Shown here: positions 12,348-21,639 of the stretch, piece by piece
Layout: every line of letters starts with the position of its first letter
Numbering within the stretch: position 1 is the first letter of the stretch
Source of the DNA: Chiloscyllium plagiosum
Lineage: Eukaryota
Assembly (NCBI RefSeq): GCF_004010195.1
Contig: NC_057719.1
Span: 82,007,648 to 82,047,408 of the forward strand
Length of the DNA stretch: 39,761 nt
Direction: 5' to 3'
Translations under genes and position numbers: made by a program
Notes under the pieces: generated by a model
The model's input: the letters and a program-made list of their open reading frames with translations, nothing else
What the model was told of the DNA's origin: nothing
The model's database searches: none

Positions 12348-12366
12348 CGTGCCCCCTGGTGGGGGT
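12348..12366 (-). promoter_or_regulatory. candidate CTCF-binding site
   Basis: Minus strand reads CCCCACCAGGGGGCACG, matching the CTCF core CCASYAGRKGGCRS. Confidence 0.55.
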
Positions 12367-12874
12367 GACTGTTGAAAGGGCAAAAAACACAAAGCTCAGC
12401 CGGCCATGAGAAAACAGAGGCCAGCAAATCATGCACTTTCTCAGCACACACTCTGTTCCTCTACAAAGAACGTGGCGGGAATGCCAAAGCCAGAGCGAAG
12501 CTCCAGAGAAACACCAGGTAGTGTTGAATTTCCAGCACCACTCTAATCCAGAGTAAGTATGGCCCAATCCATCATCCTCCCAGATTTAAAGCTGTCACTT
12601 GTGCCCTTGCATTGTTATCAAATTAGTTAAGATTTACCCTGCAACCTTCTACAATCAGTACACACTGTTGTAATTCCACATCTCTGCTTCCCACTCCCCT
12701 CACCTTGTACCTCTACACTCCTTACCGTATCTCCATTCCCTCATTTCTCTCTCCATCCCTTCTTTCCTTCCTCCTCTGCTCTGCTTTTCTTTCCCACCTC
12801 TCCACTCCACTTCTCTCTTTCAACCTTTCTTTCTGTCTGTCTCCCTCGCGCTCTCCCTCCTCCAAAACTCTTAC

Positions 12875-12925
12875 AGTTTCGCTCCAAACCTCCACCTGGA
12901 ACCCACGCCAAGAGCCACTTCCGCC
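12875..12925 (-). other. RPAP1: probable non-coding first exon of RPAP1
   Basis: Donor ACT|GTAAGA at 12874, directly downstream of a CpG-rich ETS/GC-box cluster. The first coding exon has an acceptor 20 nt before its ATG, so an upstream exon is required. TSS position is inferred. Confidence 0.6.
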
Positions 12926-13130
12926 CCGCTTGGCGTCGCACGCATACAGTCCCCCGCCCGGTTTCCGCTCCACACCGCGGATAGAGCCTATTCCCAACTG
13001 TGCAACGGCAAATCTGTCCCCGCGACTTCCGTCCACCGCGATGCAGACAAATGGGACATCTCTGATCCGCCAAATTGAACACAGGGAATAGATGTGGGAG
13101 GGGATTCCCTTCAATTCTAATGACGCAAGA
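12900..13130 (-). promoter_or_regulatory. CpG-rich TATA-less housekeeping promoter of RPAP1
   Basis: Local CpG retention. ETS-type GCGGAAGTG overlapping GC-box GGGGCGG (~12917-12929), a second GC box ~12951-12960, further CGGAA cores, and a TGACG half-CRE ~13120. Confidence 0.7.
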
Positions 13131-13659
13131 TAGGGAAACCCTCCCAAAAACAGAAATAACCTCAACAGCAAGAGGCTATTTATGGAGACAAAAAGAAAGT
13201 GGAGGGTTTGAAGGGGTAATTCTCAATTCCTGCATTAGGCTGTGAACAGTACACCCCGGAATTTTGAGGATATGTTCCCAGTTCTGGCTTCCTTTGCAAG
13301 CCCTCCTCGATTACTGTACTTCAAAAGTACATCTGTGGCCATCAGGCAGCTTTGAGACGTCGCGGTAAAGAGCGACATTATTTCGCTTTGGAAATCTCAG
13401 GAAGGTTTGTCCCACGGGAGCCCCCTCGGTCCTCCCATCTGCAGCGAGAAGGAGCTCAGCTCAGTCACTTCTTTCCATCACAATGACATCATTCGCGGGC
13501 AACGTTTTCCAGAGCAACTCCTGTTTATTGCAAAGTGTATATGATATTATTGCCTGTCAGGAAATTGTACAGACGAGGAGTTTTCCTCGGTTTTCTGCCC
13601 AGTATTTATCCCCAAACCAAGTTCACCACTAACAATTTTACTGACCATTTTAATGCTTC

Positions 13660-14300
13660 TTCGTGCCTCCATGGGTTGTGGGCATCACTAGCATTTGTTG
13701 CCCATCCCTTAAACTGACTGCTGGCAAAGACATTTCAGAAAGCAGTTAAGAGCAGTTCAGAAAGAGACAACCTTATTGCTGTGGGTCAGGAGTCCCAGAA
13801 TGGGACAGGACAGCAAATTTCCTTTCCTAGAGGACATTAGTGAACTATATAGGCTTTTACAACATAATTGTCTCACTGTCATCAGAACGAAGACTAGTTT
13901 TCAATTATTAATTACATTTAAGATGCACAAACTGCACTTAAATCATTCACAGGATGAGGGCATCTCTGGTTAAGCCAGCATTAAGAGTCAACTACATTGC
14001 TGTGGGACCACAGTCATATGTAGACCAGACCATTTTCCTTGCCGAAAGGACAAGAGGGAATCAGATGGGTTTTTCCGACAATTGGCAGTGGACACCATTA
14101 GACTCTTAACTCTAGATTTTTATTGAATTTAAATTCCACCATTTGCCATGGCAGAATTTGAACCTAGGTCTCAAGAACATTACTGGGTTAACAGTCCAGC
14201 AATACTACTACCAGGCTGTCACTTCCCCTTACTGGTGGGATTTCAACTCATGTCGCAGAGCAATAATCTGGATCTGACATCCTACCCTACTAACACCACA
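13660..14300 (-). mobile_element. nested copies of the second tRNA-SINE family
   Basis: Two similar bodies (13660-13935 and 13942-14228) with tttgaacc B-box complement, then the head of the outer copy to ~14300. Confidence 0.75.
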
Positions 14301-15319
14301 CCATAAAATCCCTTAATTCTGTTTCAATGTTTTTAAGTCTTAGAATACACAATTATACCATAACATTTATCATTTCCATGTAGTGATTGCACTCCAAAAC
14401 AATTCATCGGCTGCCAACTCCTTTGGGCAATGTGAAAAAGACAATACAATAGAAATGTTTTTTTTTCCTCATGCTTCCTTAACCAGGAAGGAATAACAGA
14501 ATCACAGAACTGTTATGATTCAGAAGGAGGCCATTCAGCCCATCATATCTGCAATGGCTAACTAATGATCTAACAATCATAATAGTCGAAAGATTTTCCA
14601 ATTTAAAACACAATCGTTTTCTGCAAGTGGTGGTGCAGCAGTTCCCTATGGCCATACTTTTGTAGCTGGCTAATAAAAAGCCTGTAAACTTCCTCTCTTG
14701 TCTTGAAAAACAATTTTAAAGTTCTAGGCATTCACAATGGCTGGAAGACACATCACTCAACATTCAACCTCAGTTCTATCTTGTACTTGGTTATATTGGA
14801 AACACTTGGGAATGTATTAAGCTCTCTTCTGCATGTTTGCAACCAGTCCACATTCACTGCACGAGGCACCATCTTGTTCCATAGATCAGTGAATCCGCAT
14901 AAAAATAAATCAACCCTGACATTTAAACTGGCTCTATGCTGATATAACGAAAGGACTGGAATGTGTCCAGCATCTTTGTTGACCTGACAATATGCCAAAG
15001 CACTTTAAATCCAATAAAGTATTTTTGTAGTATAATCACTGATGTAATGTTGGAAACACAGCAAACCATTTGTACGCAGCAAACTCCCACAAGGAGCAAT
15101 AAGGTAATGGACAGTACACCTCTCTGTGTGATCAGGGTTGAGGTTTAAATATTGGTTAGGAACATTTGATGAATTGTTCTCCTGTTCTTCCTTTGGAAGA
15201 TCATTTGTAATCAGCTGAATTGGTACATCTGGCCTCAATTTAATATTTTAACCACTATACAGCAGCTCCAACAATGCAACACATCTTTGTTACAGTTCCA
15301 GAGGGTCAGTCTAGATTTT

Positions 15320-15703
15320 CAAACAAAAACAGAAATAACTGAAAAAGCCCAGCAAGTCTAGTACCATCTGTGGAGAGAAATAAGAGTTAACATCCTGGGT
15401 CTAGTGACCTTCCTCAGAACCTTAAACACGAACACAAACTTAACTGAACAGAGTTCTGATGAAGGGTCAAAACGTGTGGCACTGGTAAAACACAGCTGGT
15501 CAGGCAGCAACCGAGGAGCAGGAGAGTCTATGTTTCAAGCCTGATCTCTTCATCTCCCAGGGTTCTGATGAAGGGTCACTGGACCCGAAACTTAATTCTG
15601 ATTTCTCTCCACAGATGCTGCCAGCCTTGCTGAGCTTTTCCAGCAATTTCTGGTTTTGGTTCTGATTTCCAACATCTGCAGTTCTTTCGCATTTTATTTG
15701 GGA
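15320..15703. mobile_element. composite inverted Penelope-like terminal-repeat cassette
   Basis: Minus copy 15320-15420 and plus copy 15449-15695 are back to back, with a nested second-family fragment at 15470-15557; TAGATTTT duplication at 15312-15319 and 15704-15711. Confidence 0.82.
15558..15600 (+). ncRNA. minimal type I hammerhead ribozyme motif (Penelope-associated), possibly inactive
   Basis: CAGGGTT-CTGATGA-A-GGGTC-ACTG-GACCC-GAAA-CTT-AATTCTG: core boxes, perfect stem II and a pairable stem I. Lacks the G of the AACGTT palindrome seen in the copy at 5758-5791. Confidence 0.7.
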
Positions 15704-16559
15704 TAGATTTTGAGTTCAAATCACTTAAGTGGGACTTGAACCCCTAAACTAGTTGACTCAGAAGTGAAAATGCTGCCCAAATGAGCCACCAATCATCAAT
15801 CACTGCAGGACTCCTTTGATAACATATACTGTATATCAAAGTTGACAACAAAGTTGAAAAAAAAGGAAAGTGGCAACATAGATACAAATTTGGCTGAGAG
15901 TAGGAGTGAAGGATGCTTGGGTCCCTTGTCCTTTGATCCTTCTTAACCATCAAACTCAATAATTTATGATGAATGAGCAAAATCTAATTCCTTAAATCAT
16001 ATCCTTAGAAACATAAATCAAACTGCCTTAAATTCTATGAAAGCAAAAGACTGCAATGCTAAAAATCTGAAATAAAACAGAAAATTCTAGAACTACTCAG
16101 CAGCTCAGGCTGTGCACAGCAAACCATAATTAACATCCCAGGTCAGTTACCTCTCATCTGTTCCTTCCAATCAGCATATTTTATTTAACTCCTCAATCTT
16201 CACATTTTCCAGAGTAGAAGTCCACAGTCCTTGAAGCTTATTGTAATAATAGGTTGTGAGCCGATTATATATTGCTTCCTCAAAGTCTTTTCTAAGATAT
16301 CTTTATCACACACCAACTGAGGAGTTTTAAATAGTTCACATTGCTTTAGATGTGATGTAACGAAGACCTTTTGGATAGATAGATTGAAACTTCACTTTTG
16401 TATTTAATCATGAATACATCCTAACACTCTATTAATTTTTCAAAAGCCTTCGAGCACTGTCTTGAGCTTACAGAGATTACAGGATCCTATTCAGCAAACT
16501 GGAGCCCAAAACAGCAGGCATTTGACCAGTTCTCCCAATAGTTATATCAATATGATCAA

Positions 16560-17065
16560 AAATTACTTCTTGACATCCAATAACGTTACCATTGGTGAAT
16601 TTCAATTGTGTTAACAACCTGGGGGCTCACCATAGACCATAAATTTAACTTAACAGATATCTAAATATCGTGGCTTCAGAACCAGGTCAGAGACTGAGAA
16701 TTCTGTAGTGGATAACGTATCTCCTTATTCCCCAAAGCCTGTCCACCATCTCTAAGTTACAAGTCAGGAGTGTGATGGAAAGCTCATCATACAGCTGGTG
16801 GGTGCAGCTCCAATGATACTCAAGAAATTTGACTTCATCTCGGACAAAGTAGTGGCTTGATTGATACCTCATTTACCACCTTAAACATTGACTCCTTCCA
16901 CCTTTGTCAGTTGTGTGTACTGTCCACAAGATGGACTGCAGCGACTCCGCAAGACTCCTCTGACAGCACATTCCAAACGTTTGCTGACTCAGAGGACAAG
17001 GTTGGCATATGCATGAAAACATCACCAACTTCATGTCTGCTCCAAATCACAGAACATCCCATTTA
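16560..17065 (+). mobile_element. old fragment of the second CR1/L2-group LINE, followed by a SINE head (17070-17220)
   Basis: aaagcctgtccaccatct...caagtcaggagtgtgatggaa matches 38040-38085 and the reverse of 35880-35925. Confidence 0.7.
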
Positions 17066-17541
17066 AGGGAAAGTGGTAGGATCGTGTTATTGTCAGTTGT
17101 TTAGTAATCAAAAGACTGCAGTTAATGCTCAGAGACATGGGTTTAAATGGCACCTGGTAAAATTTAAACTCTGTTTAAGAATAATCTGGATATAAAGCTG
17201 GTTGCAGTGATAATGATCATGGACAGAATCTTCCAGAACTCCTTGGAGCTTTTAGAAGGGCAGGTGGGGGAACCTAATTGGACAGGAGGCAATAATTCAG
17301 TTCCCGATGGTGGATTAAAATTTTGATATTAAATTCTCAGCTTTTTACTTTTCATTAGCATTCCATGACTACACTTTAGCACCCCAGCCCATGGGAATTT
17401 GTTCACAGGCAATCTTGTTTGGTTATGAACAGTAAACATGTGTGTTCACAAACCAGCTGTATACATGTATGTGGCAGGCTAGAGTTCTTCCTCCAAGCTG
17501 TAGTGGGTACAGACTTCTTCATAAACCTGGCTCCTTCCATA

Positions 17542-17882
17542 ACCTACAGAATCCCTACAGTGTGGAAACAGGCTCTTCGGCCCAACAAGTGCACACTGAC
17601 TCTCCAAAGAGTATCCCATCAAACCTATTACTCTATGTTTACCCCTGACTAATGCACCTAACCAACACATCCCTGAACACAATGGACAATTTAGCATGGC
17701 AAATTCACCAAACCTGCACATTTTTGCATTGTGGGAGGAAACTGGAGCACCCAGAGTAAACCCACACAGACATGGGGAGAACGTACAAACTCCACACAGA
17801 CAGTCCCCCGAGGCTGGAATCGAACCCGGGTCCCTGGCACTGTGAGGCAGCAGTGCTAACCTCTGAGCCACCATGCCACCCC
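17542..17882 (-). mobile_element. full-length HE1-type V-SINE
   Basis: Head GGGGTGGCATGGTGGCTCAGAGGTTAGCAC, intact B-box GGTTCGATTCC, V-domain and CR1-like tail. Confidence 0.93.
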
Positions 17883-17894
17883 AATAAACCCAGA

Positions 17895-17966
17895 TTCCCT
17901 GACCGGGAATCAAAAGCCAGTCACGGCGGTGAAAGCGCTGAATCCTAACCACTAAACCACCAGGGA
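17895..17966 (-). pseudogene. tRNA-Glu(TTC) pseudogene
   Basis: 72 nt TCCCTGGTGGTTTAGTGGTTAGGATTCAGCGCTTTCACCGCCGTGACTGGCTTTTGATTCCCGGTCAGGGAA. Acceptor stem and anticodon loop CTTTCAC are intact. T-stem and B-box are broken (TGGCTTTTGATT versus canonical CCGGGTTCGATT). No encoded CCA. Confidence 0.9.
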
Positions 17967-18561
17967 TAACCATATAATTTCTTTGCGCAAACACTGTGCA
18001 ATGGCTCACTGAGTTAAACAGTTAATGTGAACTCTTGGTCATATGCCATGTTGCGCATCGTAGTTAAATGTTTAAAGCCTGACCAAGTCAACAAACCTGC
18101 CAAAGAAACACTGGCTGCTGCCAACAAACCTGACCAGAGCAAGTAAGTGGGGATTAATTCAGAAAGGATTTTACTCAAAAGGGAGGTTAACTCAAGAAGT
18201 TTAGCTAAAGGAATGGTGGGGAATGGAATTTATTGAAGGGCACAATTGTCTGGAGGAATCCTAGGGAAAGGGGAGAAGAAACTGGGATCCAGAGAGTCTT
18301 GGTGATAGGGATCAGAAGGAAGCGTGGGAGCTGCATTTTTAGAGTGAGGGCAATAATGGGGCAATTAGATGTACTAGGAAAGGAATAAGAGCCCCAAGAC
18401 CTCACATGGAAAACACCAATGCATTCCAGATATTTCTTCATATATTGGTACTTCCATACCAATGTTTGAACAACTTAAATGAGCAGCTGTACTTACATTG
18501 CTGAGGTTAAAGAGGAGGAGGAGGAGAAGAAGAATAGTCAGTGCCAACAGAACAAGAGCCA

Positions 18562-18813
18562 TAGTCATACAGTCATAGAGATGTACAACATGGAAACAGA
18601 CCCTTCAGTCCAACTCATCCATGCCAATCAATGTCCAAAATTAATCTAGTCCCATTTGTCAGCATTTGGCCCATAGCCCTCTTATCCCTTCTTTCTCATG
18701 TACCCATCCAGATGCCTTTAAATGTTGAAATTGTGCTAGCCTCCGTCACTTCCTTAGGCATCTCATTCCATACATGCATCACCCACTGCAATAAAAAAAA
18801 ATTGCCTCTCAGG
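18562..18813 (-). mobile_element. CR1 3' end, 5'-truncated
   Basis: Reverse complement of the 380-620 segment, with agtcat-repeat tail. Confidence 0.9.
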
Positions 18814-19554
18814 ATTTTTGATATTTCTTTAAATGCATGCGGCTGGAATTAGTGCGAGTGTGGTCAACTGCAGTGGAATAGAAGGCTCCAATAATGTTGC
18901 AGTTAATTTGAGTGTACTAATGCTGTGCTGCTACTAACATTGTGAATGCAGGTTACTGCATTGTTGCTGAGTTTAATGTGAATACAATCTATTGCAGTGC
19001 TGTTGGTATCAGGATGAGTGCAAGTTACTGCATTGCTGCTGAGTTCTATATGCAGATTGCTATAGTGCTGCTGAGATAAGGAGTTATTGCATTTTAGTAG
19101 GATCAGAATGTTTGCTGAATATGGTAATGCTGCTGGAGTCAACGTGAATGAAGATAATTCAATGTAAATTCAGATTAGTTCTAAACTGCAGGGATCAGTG
19201 TGAATGTAATTAATTACAGCACTGCTGGCATCAAACTGCAGTGCTCCTACGTTCTGTGACTGCAGACAATGGCCTGTATTAAACTGAATCTGGATGATTG
19301 CAATGCTGCTAGATCAGTGTGGGTATGGTAATCTGCAGTGCTCCAATATTCACTGTGATTATTGCAGTACTGTTGGGATTAGATTAAATCCAGATGACTG
19401 CAGTGCTGCTGAGATTGGTGACCAAGCAGATTACGGCAAAATTACTGGCAACTGTGCAGTTGGAGATTACAGCATTATTGTGGGGATCACAGTGAATACA
19501 GAATACTGCAACTTTGCAGGGATCATTAGCATGAGCGCAGATTACACCAGTGGA

Positions 19555-19852
19555 GTGGATTTCTCCAGTAAGGGGACACAATTTCACAATCATGGGAAAA
19601 TTATTTAGGACTAAGATGAGGAAAATATTTTTACTCAGAAGGTGGTAAACATTTGGAATTCTCTACCCTGAGGGTTATGGGAGCTCAGTCATTGAGGATG
19701 TTTTCAATCAAGACTGGCAGATTTCTAAATTCAAATGACATCCTGGGATGTGGGATAGTGTGGGAATATGATATGGAACTGGATGATTAGCCATGATCAC
19801 ATTGAATAACAGCTGTCGTGATGGGCTGAATGGCTTACTCCTATTCCTATGA
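19555..19852 (+). mobile_element. CR1 3' end
   Basis: atttaggactaagatgagg...ttactcagaaggtggtaaacatttggaattctctacc...gggctgaatggcttactcctattcctat. Confidence 0.85.
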
Positions 19853-20061
19853 TCCCTGTTGTAATTAATTTTTACACTGATCCCAGCTAAACTACAGGAA
19901 TTTGCATTAACAGTAATCCCAGCAAAATGAAATAATCTGCCCTCAAGCTAATCCCAGCATCAATGTATTAATCTGCATTTATTCAGAGTCCATCAGCAAT
20001 GCAATAATCTGCAAACACTCTGATCCTAGCAGCAATGCAGTAATCTGCACCCAATCTGAGA

Positions 20062-20775
20062 ATAGGAGTAATGGGCCTTTCTTGCATTGTCCAACTGTTA
20101 CTAGTGGGATACTGCGAGGATCAGTACTTGCACCTCACTTTTCAGAATATATCAATGTTTTGGATTTGGGGTACAAATAAAGATTTTTCAAGTTTGCAGA
20201 GGACATAAAATTAGATGGATACGTGTACTATGAAGAAGGTGGAAAGCAGCTTTAAGAAGGCTTAGGCAAACTTAGTAATTGTGCAAAAACCTGGTGGATG
20301 ATATATGATGTGGAAAAAAGAGGTCATTCTCTTCATTAGGAAGAACAAATGTACAGAGTATTTTTGAAATGGCAACAGTTTAGAAAGTGCAAATGTGCTA
20401 AAGGACCTAAGTGTCCTTAATGACAGATTACTGAAGGCTAACACGCAAGTCCAGCAGGCAATTAGGATGGTTAATGCTATATTGGCTTTATCACAAGAGA
20501 ATTTGATTACAGGAGAAGTGAAGCCTTCCACAACTGTATAGAAGCTTGGTTATACTGCACCCAGAGTGATGTGTGCAGTTTTGTTTCTGTGATCTGAAGA
20601 AGAATATTCTTGTTCTTGAAGGAGTACAAATGTTCACCAGATTGGTTCCTGGGATAGCAGATCTGACCTTTGAAGAGAGATTGGACAAAAATGGGCTGAT
20701 ATTCTCAAGAATTACAAATAATGAAAAGTGATCTCATTGAAACAAACAAAATAATTAACAGATGGGGTAGATGCA
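20062..20775 (+). mobile_element. CR1 ORF2 (RT C-terminal) fragment
   Basis: aagtttgcagaggacataaaa (KFADDTK-like) and aaggacctaagtgtc (DLGV-like); antisense ORFs read as typical CR1 shadows. Confidence 0.85.
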
Positions 20776-21078
20776 AATTACTGCAGTGTTCCAGTGTTTG
20801 GTATGAGAGCAGATTTTGGTGCTGCTTGGATTAGTGTGAGTGTAGATTATTAGATTACTGCTGGAATCAGTAAAACGTTATTCTTGTTGCTGAGATCAGA
20901 CTGAGTGCAGGTTCCTACGGTGCAAAATCAGATTGAGTGCAGGTTAGTACAAGAGTTGCTGCTATCATTGTTAGTCCAAATTTCTGCAGTGCTGCTGAGA
21001 TCGGAATTAATGCAAATTACTGCAGAATGGTTGATGTCAGTGTGAGTGTGGACTATTGCATTTTTGCTGGGATCAGAA

Positions 21079-21575
21079 TGAGGTAGACAAGCAGGAGGCT
21101 GGAATAACACAGCAAGCCAGGCAGCATCAGGAGGTGGAGAAGTTGATGTTTTGGGTGAAACCCTTCTTCAGGACTGGGGGTGGATGTAAGGGGAGTGCAG
21201 ATAAAGCGGAGGGTGAGGGAAGGGTTTGGGTGAGGAGGTAGGGATAGATGAACACAGGTAGAGGGTATGATGGGAGGAATGAACCCAGTTGGTAGCTGGA
21301 AGGAAGGATCAATCAGAAGAATGGAAGGGGCTGGAAAGGGAGTCGGGTGATGGGAGGGGAGGTTATTTGAAATTGGAGAACTCAGTGTTGATTCCTCCAG
21401 GCTGTAGGCTGCCCAGACCGAAGATGAAATGTTGTTCCTCCAATTTGTGTTCTGATTTGCCGTGACAATGGATGAGCCAAGGATGGTCATGTCGGAAAGG
21501 GAGTGGGAAGTGGAATTGAAATGGGTGGTGACTGGCAGTTCAGATCGTTCCTCTGCAGGCCCGGCCGGGCAGGCT
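21079..21575 (-). mobile_element. Penelope-like element 3' end with GIY-YIG C-terminus and decayed hammerhead
   Basis: Minus strand LPVTTHFNSTSHSLSDMTILG/(frameshift)IHCHGKSEHKLEEQHFIFGLGSLQPGGINTEFSNFK* at 21538-21363; hammerhead-like motif at 21175-21141. Confidence 0.88.
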
Positions 21576-21639
21576 ATTGCACTACTCCAGGGATTAGTGT
21601 GAATTCAGTTTACTGAGGTACTTCCAGGAACATTGTAAT

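Larger units (their letters stand above)
15000..15790 (-). mobile_element. Deu-SINE-like element split by the Penelope cassette at 15320-15703
   Basis: Deu-SINE body 15000-15319 resumes at 15704 with gtgggacttgaacccc...tgactcaga (tRNA head). Confidence 0.7.
18840..21630. repeat. degenerate 36-bp minisatellite (consensus ~TGCAGTGCTGCTGGGATCAGTGTGAATGCAGATTAC) in four blocks
   Basis: Units start at 18921, 18957, 18993 and 19029. Forward blocks ~18840-19545, 20776-21078 and 21580-21630. Inverted block ~19860-20060, with taatctgc at 19933, 19969, 20005 and 20041. Confidence 0.85.

Noticed and set aside
12705..13171. ORFs of 113-149 aa on both strands
   Set aside because: They span the RPAP1 promoter and a GA-rich tract, with low-complexity translations.
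17479..18009. 176-aa ORF
   Set aside because: It is a translation of the tRNA pseudogene plus the HE1 SINE.
18840..20060. CRISPR-like array (36-bp period)
   Set aside because: Units are contiguous with no unique spacers, there are no cas genes, and the context is vertebrate.
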